From Chrysomallon squamiferum (taxonomy: Eukaryota > Animalia > Mollusca), in NCBI GenBank assembly GCA_012295275.1, contig CM022671.1, forward strand, positions 22,754,001-22,818,000: 64,000 bases of DNA. The letters are read 5' to 3'. The notes below the pieces were generated by a model. That model did no database searches and had not been told where the DNA came from. It worked only from the letters and a program-made list of their open reading frames with translations. This document shows positions 1 to 14,617 of this stretch, piece after piece; within the stretch, counting starts at the first letter, position 1, and each line of letters opens with the position of its first letter. The position numbers were made by a program, and so were the translations under genes.

Positions 1-164
1 AAAATTAAGATTATGATAAAAAATTATAATAAAATGATAAAATGTGTTGCTATATTTTATATAAAGAAATGCAAATTATATTGTAAAACATTAAACAGTG
101 TTCAGTCACATATTTTACAATTCAAATACAATTTTGTAAAGTAGTGCAATTCGTATATTCTATT

Positions 165-203
<39 letters not shown>

Positions 204-275
204 TTAATAATTATATATATATATATATATATGCATTTTTTGTTAACTTTTAAAATGATTTTCTTTTTTTGTTTA

Positions 276-323
<48 letters not shown>

Positions 324-699
324 CGTCTGTTAGTAATGAATTCAACTCATTTCATCTTGATGGCGGTCACTGCCTCTTACCAAATTTTTTGATAAAAGTT
401 ATTGCAAAGAGTTATAAACGACAACCCCCCCCCCAAAAAAAAAAAAACAACCCCAAAACAGAGAAAGTTAATGTATATTAAGGGTTAAACCGTAAATTTT
501 AGGAATAACGATTCCAGTATCATGGAATACGAATATTTGACATGTTACCGCTCAACCCACTACCATTATCTGGGTAATTAAACAGCACGGTATATGCTTT
601 CAGATCTTTATTTGTACATTATTCTTCTATAGATATTGTTCTCCAGATTAAAAATGACGTCCTAGAACTTTTTGATTATCCTCGTATTTGTATAGTTTG

Positions 700-815
700 T
701 CATTGATAATTAAGAGTAGCCTGTGAGTGTGAAGCGAGCAACGGAAGCAGGTTTCTCTCTATTATCGTTACTGTTCAAAATTCATATCTGACGACAATTA
801 ACCATTTATAATAAA
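700..815 (+). mobile_element. SINE-like relic upstream of AKAP10
   Basis: TAATTAAGAGTAGC...GCAGGTTTCTCTCT...TCTGACG, collinear with 58591-58665. Confidence 0.4.
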
Positions 816-1116
816 CTGTCAGTTACTTATGTACTTGTCTTTTACTTTGTGTTGCCTGTTTCACATTTAATAAATCGAGAGTGAGAGAAAACAAAAATCA
901 TTCCATTTTCGTTAATGTTAATATTTGACCAATTTCAACATTTATAAAAATCTAAGACTTATCATGGCTGCTTCCGTGTTGAAAGTTCATTGATTTGTTA
1001 AATAACTTTAAAAATATTTTTTGGGCAAATATGCTGTTATCAGTATGCAATTATTTATTTATAGATAATTTTAAACTTGCCAATCTGTCAACGAACTGCA
1101 TTCATCTGTTGTGATT

Positions 1117-4100
1117 ATGCCTTTTTTTAGACGTAAAGGTATGGGTTAGTTGTATTTTTAAATGTTGAAGTGACAGTAAATAAAGCTCGGTAGGCGTTTC
1201 CTTTTATTTATTTATTTATTTATTTATTTATATTTCAAAATTTATTTATTTATTTTTTTACATGTATATTTTAACGATATAATTTAATTTGTTGGAAGCT
1301 AATGAAATTATTGCTGATTTTTGATATATCCTAAAATAAAAAGGAATAAATTTCAGTAAAATCAAAAATTATAATCGCAATTGAAAAAGGAGCTATTGTT
1401 TTCATAATTTTATTTCAACTTAATAAAGACATGAAGAGTATAGTTTAAACAGAAGTATGCGAGGATTAAAGGACATAAATAATGATAAAACTAGTAATTC
1501 GAATATACGTTGAAAATATTCATTGCTATAACGACTCAAATTATACAAGTTAAAGATTTGTTGTTTCTGACATTCAGACTGAGACTTGAAATATCACAAT
1601 TAAAGTTGCATTTAAATTATAGTGATATCTCATTATTCACTTTATTCTTCTTCTTTTTTTTTTTCTTCCAGGGAAGCCTAAACCAGAACTTTCAGATGCT
1701 TCTGTTCAGAAGGTCAGGCTGAAACGCACATCAGACAGAAGCAGTTCTAGTCCCAAAACCCCACTATCCGCAGATTCTTTCTTTAATGGAGATATTGGTT
1801 AGACAAATATGTTTATCACACTGTTTATATTTATCAAACTATTAATATTTACAAAAATGCCTTCCTTATAAACAAACTAAAAATTGTTCTGAAAAACACA
1901 TATAATCTAGGGTTTACCAAAGTTCAACATTATATGAAGTAAAAATACTAGAAAGGTAAATGATAACAATAAATGTTATTTTGTTTTCATTCTTCTGTTT
2001 CAAATAATTTTTTCATTTGGCACCCGTCAGATTAAATGCTATAATATTGACAGAAATATGTTGAATTGTATAGTATAGTTATAAGCATTTACACATAACA
2101 AATATATAGCTCTCATTGCCACCACCATGTTCTCATGGCTTAACAAGAGGCAGCTACTAACAAGGCTGAGAACCTGTAAGTTGTTTTGATTGAAACTGTA
2201 TTTTGAAATAAGATCACTAAATGTTACACTATTTCCTAGACTGCTGGAGAAGAAAATAATATGTTTAAAAAACCCCGAAATCTATAAGTTATGGAACGCT
2301 TGTTTATTTTCAGGTGTTTCTGAATCTGTGCTGACTTCAAGAAGACCCACAGAACTTCTGCTGTCTAATACTGGTGAATCCAGTGAGTCATTTACTTGCA
2401 AATGAATTGTTAAAATGCTTTTCTAAAACTTGTTGAATTAAGCATTAGTTTATATTTTAGTGCTAGGTCCGAAATGATGTATTTTTTTATATGAATTACT
2501 ATGCTTTTTATGTTATATATCTCCGTTATCAATAAATGTGATGATATGTACAAAGGGATAAATACATTTTTATTATTTCCTTGTTATTATCATGTTTGTC
2601 TCCAGTAGTGTATTCAAAATACTGTAATAAACCCACTGCAATGCAGAGATTATTGAATTTTACATTTTTTGGTTATATAATGGTTGTTTCATTTGTTCTG
2701 CTAATTCCCATGAGAGGAAAACAACACATGTAACATAGTGTAGAAGCTGGTGTCTTAGTAAGACATTTTATAAGACTTAACAGATAAATAATATTTTAAA
2801 TGTGTTATGATTTTTATTACTATCTGCCAAACATCATATAAATTTTGTTTATTTAATAACTGAGAAAAACAAAAAAGTTATAATTAACATTTAAAAAAAA
2901 ATATTAAACAGGTTATTTCAGAGGACAGCTGGATTCTCCAATGAGGACATCATCACGACTGTCCAAAACTTTGCAAGAAATTCTTCATGACCGCGATGCC
3001 ATAACTTGTTTCCTCGAGTTCCTTGAATCTCGGAAAGCTGAACATTTACTGAAATTCTGGTTGGATGCTGAAAGTTTTCAGGCTTCAAGTGTCTTGAGAC
3101 TACAGTCCCGTTCTTCTAAAGGCAAAAGATCAGGTATCTCCCAAAAGTCTCAGGGTAACGTGTCAACTGCTGAAGTGGCTGCTAGAGGTACATCAGCACC
3201 TGGAGCCCAGGCTGCACTGACCGATAATTCAAACGTTCCAAAAGAAAACGCTTGTATCGCTGCTGGATCTGAAAAACAAAACAATTGTTCCCACACAAAC
3301 CACAGTCAGTCTGAACCAGAGCCAGCTGCAGATGAAAGCAAACACACGTGTCGGACTTCCAGTAGTAGTAGTAGTTTAGAAAACGCAGATCTTGGACGTC
3401 TGTCCGAAATATCCGAACCAAACAGTTTTAAAAATGTGAATCCAGCATCCAGTGAAAGCGATCTCAGTGAAGTGCATGGACCTGATGTTGCGAGTGCTGT
3501 GAATTCAGAAACTTTGAGTGCAGGGTGTGTGACGGATGTTGATGACGCGTGCAAGGAGAGGACGTCGAGCAGTGGTAGTTTGGAAACTGAAGCACGCAGT
3601 GAGTCGGATGGCACAGAGTCGAACGTGGAGAGAAAAGTCAAAACCGGCCTCACTCCAGAAGAACTGCAAGAACGACTGAGAAAAAGTAAGACAGTACAAT
3701 GTAACATAAGATTAGAATTAAATTGTTTAATAATTATAGCATTGAAGCAAATGTGGAATAATAAATATGAATGTTTGTATATAAACAAAAATATTTGCAA
3801 TGTTAATTTATCTTGAAGAAATCAGATCTAAAATTAATAGCCAAACAAATGCAGACTATGAGTATTTATATTGTGTATTTTTCCCTGCATGTAAGCATGT
3901 ATGTATATAATATATTCATTCATCTCTCTATTTCTTTCTCTGATTCTTTTTGTTTGTGTGCCTGTCATTATACATGGATTAGAAAATCACATTTTTCTCT
4001 TTGAATGAAACCTAGGTGTGAAGAGGGATGCAGTAATCATTTTCTCAAAATACATTTCTCCTGATGCAACACATCCCATAGGTGTCACAGAACATTTGAA

Positions 4101-7100
4101 AAATGAAACAATAAGTAAGTCAGATCTAAATATTAACTGTGTTATTTTTACTTATTACTTTTGTTATTTTTTTGTAGAATTATAACAAATTGCGCTTTTT
4201 TACATTGGTTATTTTGAGCCACATATAAAATGGAATGTAGAATTTGAAGTCAATACAAGCTTGTTTATTGAAATGCATGGTAACTGACATATATGAAGTT
4301 ACTAAATAACACCCAGCTGTGTGAAGTATAAATATTCTAATTCTCTCATTCATAAATATTTTCCTTCTGTACTTTTATTGTTAAACCTTGTGCCTGCTAT
4401 GTGATCTGCTTTACAATGAACAGTTACATACTGATAATTGAAATTTTATACTGTCATGACATACTTTTTTTTTTTTTTTTTTGACAGTGTAAAATATTAT
4501 TTATTCTGTTTTATTGTTTACTAAATTGTCATTTCTCTCTCTGTTGAATAATCAGATGAATACTAAATCAATATTTTTCTGCTAGGGCGTATTTGTAGAG
4601 AAGATGGCGAAGTTGATCCAGCCAGTTTTGCTGACTGTCAGAAATTTGTAGTTGAGAAAATGAATAAAGAGTACGTCTCATTTTCTTTTGTACACTATTG
4701 TAATAAGTTGATTTTCCACTCTATTTTATTTTTTATTTCAACAGATTTTTGTATTTTTGTTCTGTTTTCTCCCTTGTTTTGTCTAAATATATAAAAGATG
4801 TCCTTAAATTTTTTAATGTATTTATAGTTATATTAGGTTCCTACAAAGTTTGTATAAAACAGTCAGATGTTAAGTATTATTTTTTCTTTTAGTTTGTTTT
4901 GTGTATACTGTGTATATGTCTACATGTGTGTGTGTGAGAAAGAGAGAAAATGAATGGATGTGTGAGAGAGAGAGAGAGAGAGAGAAAAAGAGAGTGGTTG
5001 TATTTGTTTAGTTTTCAATAATAAATTCACTTACTTATATTTGTACATTTCAGATACTACCAGGATTTTCTTGATAGTGAATACCACTGTAAACATCAGG
5101 TTGATGTTCTCACAGGAGGCAAAGTTTATCTTGCTGACTTTCTCTACAACAAGTTTGCACTTTCTTACTTTATGGAGGTTGGTATACATTAAAAATAAGA
5201 AACATCAGAAACAAAAAAAAAAAGCACAAAAAATTTAAAAAAACTAACAACATCAAATAAACAACAAAAAAACAAGATAGTATTAGATTAAAAACAGATA
5301 AAATTATTTTCATTCTTGTATTTTTAAATTTATTTCTTATAATTATAATAAAACTCTGTCTTTGTTTTGATACTGAAATATCAGTGGATGAATTAGTGGG
5401 ATTTTTTATATTTAATTCTAACGGACTCATTTATGTACACCTCTCTCACTAAATCTGTGTATATTTTCAACACAACTGTGATTGCTTTATTCTGTGTGTT
5501 CTTTAATTCACTGTATTTTACACATATTACATTACTTATGATGACTGTGTGGTGTGTTGCAGTTTGTTGAGCAGAATGGTGGAAGCAATCTGTTGCAGTT
5601 CTGGTTGGCAGCTGACAACTTCCAGCAGCATCTGATCAGTCAGCAGTGCAAGTATGACGGGATGCAGGCACAGAATGATGCAATGATTCTTTATGACAAG
5701 TAAGTCAAAACATGTCTTTAAAAAAAAAAAAAAACCAGACCCACCCCTGCATAAATTGAAAAAATATAATAAAATAAAAACCTCCACTCCAAGGAGCAGG
5801 TTATGATGTTTATTGATGTCGGTTGTTTGTGGGGTTTTTTGTTTTTTTATATGGTAAAGTGCAGTAAAAGATCCTTGCTGCTAATTGAAAATGAACAGAC
5901 CATCACATGATAGCAGTGTATGGTGTTACAAATAAACTTGTTAAATTAAAATATTACTTTCTTTTTTAACCCCATTCCACACCCTGAAATAACAATAAAA
6001 AATATTTTAATAAAAGATAATAAAATAAATAAGTGGGTAAATGAAAAATGAAAATAAAAACAGTAATCAGGTAACAAAAAGTAATAAAAAAGACATGCAC
6101 ATTAATGATTTCTGTCTGTTATCTTTTATAGATGTTTGCACTGTATATGTATTTTTGTATGAATTATTGTTTTAGAAAGGGGTAAAAATATTGATTGATT
6201 TCTGTTGATTTTCACCTTCATCTGAAGCCATGTAGGAAAATTTAACCTTCATTATTTGTATAAAACTGTAATGTTATAATAAATAATAAAATTTAAAAAG
6301 AATTAAAAAATATTTTCTCATTCCAAATATATATATTTGTGTTTTTTTTTCAGATATTTTTCTCTACAAGCTACTGATCCTCTTGGCTTTGATGATAAAA
6401 CCAGGTTTGAGGTTGAGGGAAGCATTTGTAGGGAAGGTGGTCCTCTTCCAGACTGTTTTGCAAAACCACGAGACATTGTTCTTCATTCTCTGGAAAAGGT
6501 ATGTGTCGACAGTGTGTGAAAAAAAGAAAAGAAAAAGAAAAACAGGGTCCTACCATTGTTGTGAAAGTTTCTTTAAGTAAATGTTTTAAAAGATTGAATA
6601 TTTTCTTGACGGTTGCAGCTAAAACATGACTTGTTACTGACATGAAGAAAAAATAAGAATTAATAATTATAGTTATGATAGTGGCACTGAAGCAGATGTT
6701 TTAGACTGAGAATATTTGAATTTTAAATACTTAAAGAAGAGAAATATTGATTTTCTCGAAACATATTTTATTATTATTAAATATTTTTGTAGGTTAAGAT
6801 AATATTTTACAAAGAGAACTCTATTATTCATTAGTATAAATTTACCATTATCTTCACTGATATATTTTTATCAAAAAAAAAAAAAAAATGACAAAGTGGA
6901 ATTTACTTTTGTTATTATTAAAGGTCCAAGCAGAACTGGCCAATGACTTTTATAGCTTTTGAGAATTTTGGTTCGTTGTGTTTTAGACAACTGAGTTAAT
7001 TGTACCAAATTGTTACTGCAGATACATTTTCCCATGTTTCTGAGGAGTGAGATGTATTACAAATTTCTGTCAGATCTTGTCACAACAGTAGAGGTGGCCC

Positions 7101-8859
7101 AGGACGTTCCTGTGAGGAGTAAACATAAGAGACAAGGTTTGTGATTGGTTCAGGTCCTTACATGGAATATCATTGGTTGTTTGTGTTAAGACAGATGACT
7201 AGAACTTATTCAACATTACATAATGTATCACTGTGAATATTTTTATTTTTGCTAACAGTGTGTTATTATATCTAGAGAACTTATCTATTTTCCTTTCCCG
7301 AAAAATCAGTGAAATAACATAAAATGGTTAAATGTCAAGAAATCCTGTGAATTATATCTGCAAACGTTTGAATTGTTTATCTCTAGAACGATAATATTTA
7401 TGGAAACATCATATGATTATTTTTGAGAAATCCCTAGGAGGTCAAATTTGGAGAATTCCTGAGTAGAAGTCAAAGAAATTTGTTGACAGTCTGGAAACAA
7501 TAGGAACAGAATTCCTACTTTTATTAAATAAGATGCAGTTTCCATTTAAATTTGTTCACAAGCAGAGAAATTCCTGGATGTCATGAAGATGTCTGATTTG
7601 TAGAAATTCTCACGGTTACTGTTTTTGGTTGCAGCCAGTGATGCCTCATCACAGCACAGTGTTGGGAGTGAGAGTGTTGGAGCAGAAAGCATAGGTTCGA
7701 AAAACACTCTTCTGGCCATGAACACTCAGCATATCAAGAAAGCAGCCAAGAGCTTTGGAGACGAAATGAAAATTGATGCCATGCTACTTAACCCCGATGA
7801 ACTGTGGAAGAGGCCAGAAGCTGGGTTTGTAAACTGGTTACATTTTTTAAATTATTAATTAAATAACATTTTTCTTTTTATATCGTGGATTGTTCAGTGG
7901 AGAGTCATATATTTTGATGAATATCCAGTAATCATTGGGCTTATTTCCTGCTCAAAATAAGGACTTAGTGGTTAATAAAAAATTCTATCATGTAGCAACA
8001 GCATGTTTCCTCTCTAATTATCTGCTTGATACTTAAACCAACAACACTACCATGGAGCTATAAATTAAAAATGAGTATTAAATAAAACAGTTCTTCCAAA
8101 TGATAAAACATTTATAGAAAGATACTGAGTTTATACTTCTTTATTTAGTAATATTCATCTCAAAAAAAAAAACAACAACCAAGGAACTGCTATTTACTAA
8201 ACTTAACCTCAATCCCCAAAATCAAACCCTCTCAAAAGCAAACATATTCAGAAAAATAATAAAATATATATATATTCTTTTTTTTTTAGGCCCTTGACTT
8301 TGGGCAAGGTGGATCCCCTAGGTCAGTTTATATCAGAATTTGATCCTGAGCCTGATCAAGATAAAAAGAAAGGTGATATGTATAAGCTTTACTTACTTGA
8401 ACTATCTGAATCAGATCATTACACTTCAGTTATTCATATCAACTGTCAACAGTAAGAACCTTGTAGGAATAAAATATTACTTGTATGAGTTTTAAAGAAT
8501 TTTAATGGATGAAGTGATTTTTATTCACCAGTGTAATAAAAAGTTCTTAAAAAGAGATATCTGTATATATTTTTTTTTTGCATAAGAAAACAACCAAAAA
8601 AAAAAAAAAAAAGATATAATTATATAATTAATAACATTTTTCTTTCCTATTTTTAAAATTTTTAAAAATTGAGGAAAAAAAAAAAAAGAATAAATTTTGT
8701 TTAGTTCTTTTTATGTTTTAGAGAAATTTTTACAAATTTGTTTTAATAGTTATTGCTTTGGTTTTCATTTCTAGGATCTGCAAGATTTTTTAAGAACAAA
8801 AAAGAAAAACAAAGGGTAAGCAGCCATTGATTCTCAACTATGATTGTTATTTGATTATG

Positions 8860-8892
<33 letters not shown>

Positions 8893-9232
8893 GTTTAATT
8901 ATTATTATTGTTATTTAATTATTATTATTATTATTTAATTATTATTATTATTATTATTATTATTTAATTATTATTATTATTATTATTATTGTTATTGTTA
9001 CTGTTACTGTTACTGTTACTGTTACTGTTACTGTTACTGTTTTTATGTTTTTATTTTTGGTTTACAGGAGCAGGAAGACATGGCACTGAAGATAGCGCAG
9101 ATGATAATCAGTGATGTGACGACGATGACGCAGACAGGAGATGCCTGTGCTGCTCTCTTCTCATCCACAGAGGACTCGAAGCAGGACATATCACCCTCGT
9201 CTCAGGAACAGCCTGAAACCTCGCACTCATGA
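1117..9232 (+). CDS. AKAP10: A-kinase anchor protein 10 (D-AKAP2): two RGS domains plus C-terminal PKA-binding helix; 14 coding exons
   Basis: Exons built by hand with GT-AG ends and consistent phases: 1117-1138, 1672-1797, 2314-2382, 2912-3685, 4016-4114, 4586-4670, 5054-5177, 5563-5699, 6354-6498, 7022-7136, 7635-7824, 8290-8372, 8775-8815, 9068-9232 (TGA). The translation has MPFFRRK, LSKTLQEILHD...LKFWLDAESF, FSKYISPDA, LQFWLAADNFQ...AQNDAMILYDKYFSLQATDPLGFDD...ICREGGPLPDCF, LGQFISEFDPEPD and the AKB helix EQEDMALKIAQMIISDV. All match recalled vertebrate AKAP10. Confidence 0.95.
7890..8100 (+). mobile_element. SINE-like relic in AKAP10 intron 11
   Basis: GTTCAGTGG head, GCATGTTTCCTCTCT core (8001-8015) and TTAAATAAAACA tail. 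The core is shared with the copies at 700-815 and 58418-58700. Confidence 0.4.
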
Positions 9233-9301
9233 CATCACAACATTCATTAATCAGGTGTCTGTTGTCTGCGTGCCTTTAGAGAAATAAATAAATAAAAAAA
9301 A

Positions 9302-9332
<31 letters not shown>

Positions 9333-12300
9333 AAAAAAAACCCCAAAGAAACATACAAATAAGTAATAAATAAATAAATAGTAATTTACCATTCACTACA
9401 TATCTTTGTATTGTTAATCTAAATAATATTACTACATAATTCTTATTTTAAAAACATTTAAAATAAAACAGTCATGTGGATTTTCCTAGTGTTTGAAGAC
9501 ACTGACTGGAATGTATATGATATGATTTGGTTATATATCTGACAATATATTTTATCTCGTGCCATTTTGAGTTAAAGCAACATCTCACACATTAATCATC
9601 TTTAGAAATATTAAGAAATATCTTTAGAAATGTTTGAAAGCATTATCTTCCAGTGTCAGCAAATCTTGTCTACAGTTGTATCTATTATAATTTTTTTATT
9701 TTCGTCAATTTGAATAATTTATTCTATTTTGTTTTCTTCAGGTGAAAACTAAAATGGTGCCATATGTTAAATTATTATTAGTCTTCCAGTGATTAGATCC
9801 AAATACCTGTATAAAAACAGTCTGTGATTGAGATGACTCAGTTCTAGTAGGTCAGCTCACTTACAGCTTGAGATCCAGCCGAGTGATTATCAGAGAACCA
9901 AAACCCGGCTCGAAAACGTCCTCAGTAAATGTCTACAGTGTCTGAAGATTGTTCCCAGCAAATGAGTATGTAATCTGACCAGTGCTTGTAAAGCTGTCAA
10001 AAGACAAATGTAGTTAGTCCATGATGTTAGTGAAAATGTTTTGAGACTAGATGTTAAAGGTTGTATAAGTATAGACCCCCGATTTAAAAAAAAAAAAAAA
10101 AAAAATAGATCAATATATATATATGTACATGATATGACTTCCTCCATAAACTGCCAAAATGATTTATAAATAATACTCATTAATTATTGCAGAATTGCAT
10201 TGTTGAATAGAATTTGTTAATTGAAAATATACTTAATGTTGTTAATTTGATTAAGTTTGCAGTTAGAACTCGTGATGTAATTTTTGAGGCATTTAACATG
10301 TAATTATATTGTTATTTTTTAAAATGAAATTTAAATCTTAAGTTAATGTGAGAAAATGAACATATTAAATGTCCTTTCCTTTTGTTTAGTTTTTGTAGAT
10401 TAATAATTGTTGCTGTGTTAGATATAATTTATAGAATGTTATTGCTGATAGTAAAATTAAACAGAGAATGTTGTTCACATATGTTGGGTACATATCTAAC
10501 CTGTATTAGTCTTAACAGTTTATAAAATGAAATCCGGTCAACAATTTGTTCACTGTTGCATGTTTTCATTGACCTCACCAGTCTGTGTGAAGCTATCCCA
10601 GTTTGCAGTGCAGCTAGAAGTAGAGAAGAATATTTCAATAGATCATCAAATTCCTTCCACCATAAATAAACATCACACTCATAGTCAGTTATCTGATAAA
10701 ACTGCATACATAATGAAGATTACCTGCATTTAAAACTGTAATTAATGAGTATAAAATGAAGATTATTATCTTCAGTTCAAATCTTGAGTTTTGTCTTATA
10801 AAATCTGTTTAGGTTGGCTTTTTATTTGTGATGTTTTAGTAAGACAAAATGGCGGATTTACAAATATAATGTCGAGGAAGTGAACAGCATGATGCAACAC
10901 TGAAAGAAACAGTTCAAATAACTTCTTTCTCAGTGGTCTGTGATATTTATTTAATATCTTAGATAATACTAGATTACATTATTTTGTGAACTATGAACAA
11001 ATGTTTCTGTTAATAGTAGTAAATAGTTGCTGACGTAGTTAGATATTTTCATTAAACTAAAACATAATCGCTGAAATGCATTCTTTTGGCCTTTGAGTTT
11101 GAGTATTAATTAAAATTAAATTGTTAACAGGATTTCAGTTTTTACTGGATTTCAGAATTGATGCAAATATTGTTAAGTATTGTGAATTTATTTAAGTTAA
11201 CTGAAGGTTTAACGGTTATTTTGTGTTTTTGTTTTTTGCACAGAATCAAAAGAATGAAAGCAAAACAGAAAATTACTAAGTCTTGTGCTGAGTGTGTTAA
11301 GACTTGTACTGTTTTAAAACATCAGCAGGCTTATTTAATGAGAAAATTATTGAAAACAAAAATATATTACAGATAATGTTTCAACCAGTAGATGTGAGCT
11401 TGAATTATTATTAAACAAAATTTTATTATTAATATTAATAAATAAAAATATTACTTTTATTAACATTTTCAAATAAAATCTTATTATTATTATTATTATC
11501 ATCAGCTTTATCAAACACAATTTTCTTGTTGACTTATGCAAATTTTCTGTTCAATTTGAGTTTTTTTATTTCATTTTTAGTTGTTTTTTATGTGTTTAGA
11601 AAAAAATCACAAGCACAGTATACTTTCTATTATAGTGAACATTAAAACAAAAAAATTTACTTTTTTTTCTAATCTCATTTTTTATTGGCAGAAAAAAGTT
11701 TTTTAATAATATAAATACTTGTTTGTTGTATTGTAATTGGAATAGTTTGTTTTATAATTACAGAATTTAATTTTCCCATGCTCAAAACCTTAATTATCTC
11801 TTCATCAGTGTTAATTTTTTTTATAATTAAAATAGACAGTTTAATGGTGCTAAATAGTTCTCTGAGAACTGACAGACAAAACCAGCTTTACGTATAAACA
11901 TAGACTCAAGTTATACCTAGCTATTTCACAGTATTTTGTAATGGGTGTGGTCTGATAAGAAATATTTTTAATCAGTTTATTTTTTCAGTTTTAAAGCCTT
12001 TGCTTTTTTCTTACAGAAAATAAACTTGTTAGGAAAATTCCATCAACAAGTCCTGAGCAACAAACCTGAATAGGCATAAATAACTTATATATCTTTTTGA
12101 ATGTATGTAAAGTATATATAAAATATGTAAAATATTCTTAAATAAACAACTGTCTCAGTTTCACTGTCTAGGCCTACTCTTAATTTTGATGTATGAACAT
12201 TCAACACTATTTACAGAATTAAAAATTTTTCCAAATACTTCAACATTTTCTTTCCTCTATTATAGCTTGATATAATATGTTCAGTTCAGCAGGCTACCAA

Positions 12301-14344
12301 AGATTTTAATAGATTGTAAGAATTAGAAATTACATGAATTTCATTTGTATCTGAAGCTTTTTAAAAATTATTATTATTATTATTATTATTATGATCATCC
12401 TTACATACAAATTGATTTATACTTTAATAATATGATCTCTTAATTGTTACGTGCCTTTGGTTACTGTCTTTGTATCTGGATAAATGACAAATGATAGTTG
12501 TGTATGCATAATGCATTTTGTCAGTTCAGTATTTTCTTTAGTGTATTAGTAACTAAAACTCCCAAAACTGAAGAAATTAAGAAAAATATTATTTAATTAT
12601 GCCTGTTTATGTAGATACGTTGGATGTATTTCTTTAAAATAATTTTTCTCAAATTTTGTTAAAAAATCCAGCAAGGAAATTATTTTATTGCGACTATGGC
12701 TGGTATAGATGGTCTAACTATAACTGAACAAATTAGAATTTATTAAATAAATTTGGTCTTTAATTTTTTAATTTAGTATTATTATTATTTTTAAAAAGGT
12801 TGAAACATGATGAATAAGTTTATTATTAATGAGGAAAAAAAATATAATCAAAATATGTATAAATCATCTTCAGCATTTTTAAAAAAATGTTTAAATCAAC
12901 TTTGTTTAATCTTATTAGTTATTACCTGGAATGAATCACAGTTCTTTACTTAACTGTCATAGATTTAAAGTTCTTAACTGTGGACTTTGATGGACTAAAT
13001 ATCGAGCAGATGAAGGCATGGGAAATTGCCAGATTTAAAGTGAATGGATTCCATCAGTCTCTGTTCTAAATGTTGTTTAACAATCAACTCCCTGTGTGTT
13101 GTTTAGCTATTACTGTTTTTGTTAAATAGTTAAAAACATATTTTGAAATTGTTATCTATCATAGAAAGTAACTGAACATTCTCACTGCACTAATGATTTG
13201 CTTATATATAATAATTTATTATAATATTACTTATGATACTATTAGAAATATATAATTTAAGATATTTAGATATTTCTGCACTCACTGATGTAAGGTGATT
13301 AATCTTTAATAGTGCATTTGTCTTTACTTTTAATCTTTTTTTTTTATTCTTTTATGTTTCTAAAAATATTTTCAGATGGTCAAGATACTGTAATAAGTCA
13401 TGTTTTTAATATTAAAATTAGACATAAAGATGTGTTCATGAAATGTTTTTGTAATGTTTGAGTTTTTTTCCATATTTTTTGGAAACTTGATTACTTAAAT
13501 TTGTCCTAAATTATGTTTCATATCATCCATCATTTTTTATTTATTTTTATTTTTTTTATATTTAAATAGTTAAAAAAAAAGTTAAAATAAAAATTAATGT
13601 TACTGTTATTGTTATTATTATTATTATTTATTAATTTATTTATTTATTTTGTTTCTATTTACCAAACTTTGAAATTAAATGATATCCACTGTTTTCAATT
13701 AATTTCATTCTGTGATATTGTGATACTTTTGTTGCATATTATCTTTTGTAAATGTTAGTCTTACAGAGCTCACAGTATTTTTTGTGTTTAAAATTAATTA
13801 ACAAAAATAATAAAAAAGTAAACAATAAATAAATAAATAAATATATATATATATATATAAAAAAATAAAAAAAAAATAAAAAACATCTTAGCAAGTTACC
13901 ATTCTTTCTATTACTATAGTGCTCCTCAAAAGATATATGAATATTTATTATATTTTTTTAATTTTAAATATGACATTTGGATGCATATAAAAAATGTGAG
14001 TAAATTTCTAACTTTAGTTATTCTTAAGTGTTTCTAATATATAGGATTTTATAAACATAAAAAAACACACCTGATATACATATAAATATATATATATATA
14101 AATATATACAACATAAAAAATGTATTTTATAGATAAAGTATAAAACTAAATAATAATTTATGTTCCTGTGATATGTTTGTTCTAAATGTTCATTTAGATA
14201 TAAGGGTAAAATACTTTTCTTCTTGTTTTTAATTTTAGATTTTTTTTTTTTTTTTAAATAAATTGAAAAAGTGAAACACTTATTTTCAACCATCCATCCA
14301 TCCATCCATTATTTGTAACCAATCTTAGATTTTAGATGTTTTGT

Positions 14345-14402
14345 CTATTTATGTTTGCAATTATTCACAATCACTATTTATGTTTGCAATTATTCACAAT
14401 CA
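14345..14402. repeat. Perfect 29 bp tandem duplication
   Basis: CTATTTATGTTTGCAATTATTCACAATCA x2. Confidence 0.9.
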
Positions 14403-14580
14403 CCATTAACTTAGTATTGCAAAATATTCTTGCAGAAAGAATTTTGGTTCCAAATTACTGTTGAACAGATCAATGTCGACATATATATCATTATTTATTT
14501 TAAAGTTAATATTTCTAAAGATATTTTTATAAATCTCTCACCAGGAATTAATATTGGTAAGCAGATCATAGTAATATTTT

Positions 14581-14617
<37 letters not shown>

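Noticed and set aside
144-481. Poly-I/Y/L ORFs here and the many SLSLSL/ERERER/HTHTHT ORFs elsewhere (e.g. 20258-20599, 31428-31737, 47998-48358, 61622-61985)
   Set aside because: They are translations of (AAT)n, (CT)n and (CA)n microsatellites with no coding signal.
3182-3800. Antisense ORFs over AKAP10 exon 4, and over OXSM exon 4 (43741-44263)
   Set aside because: Shadows of the real coding strand.
9230-9260. Selenocysteine or readthrough at the AKAP10 TGA
   Set aside because: All conserved domains end upstream, an in-frame TAA follows within a few codons, and no SECIS was recognised.
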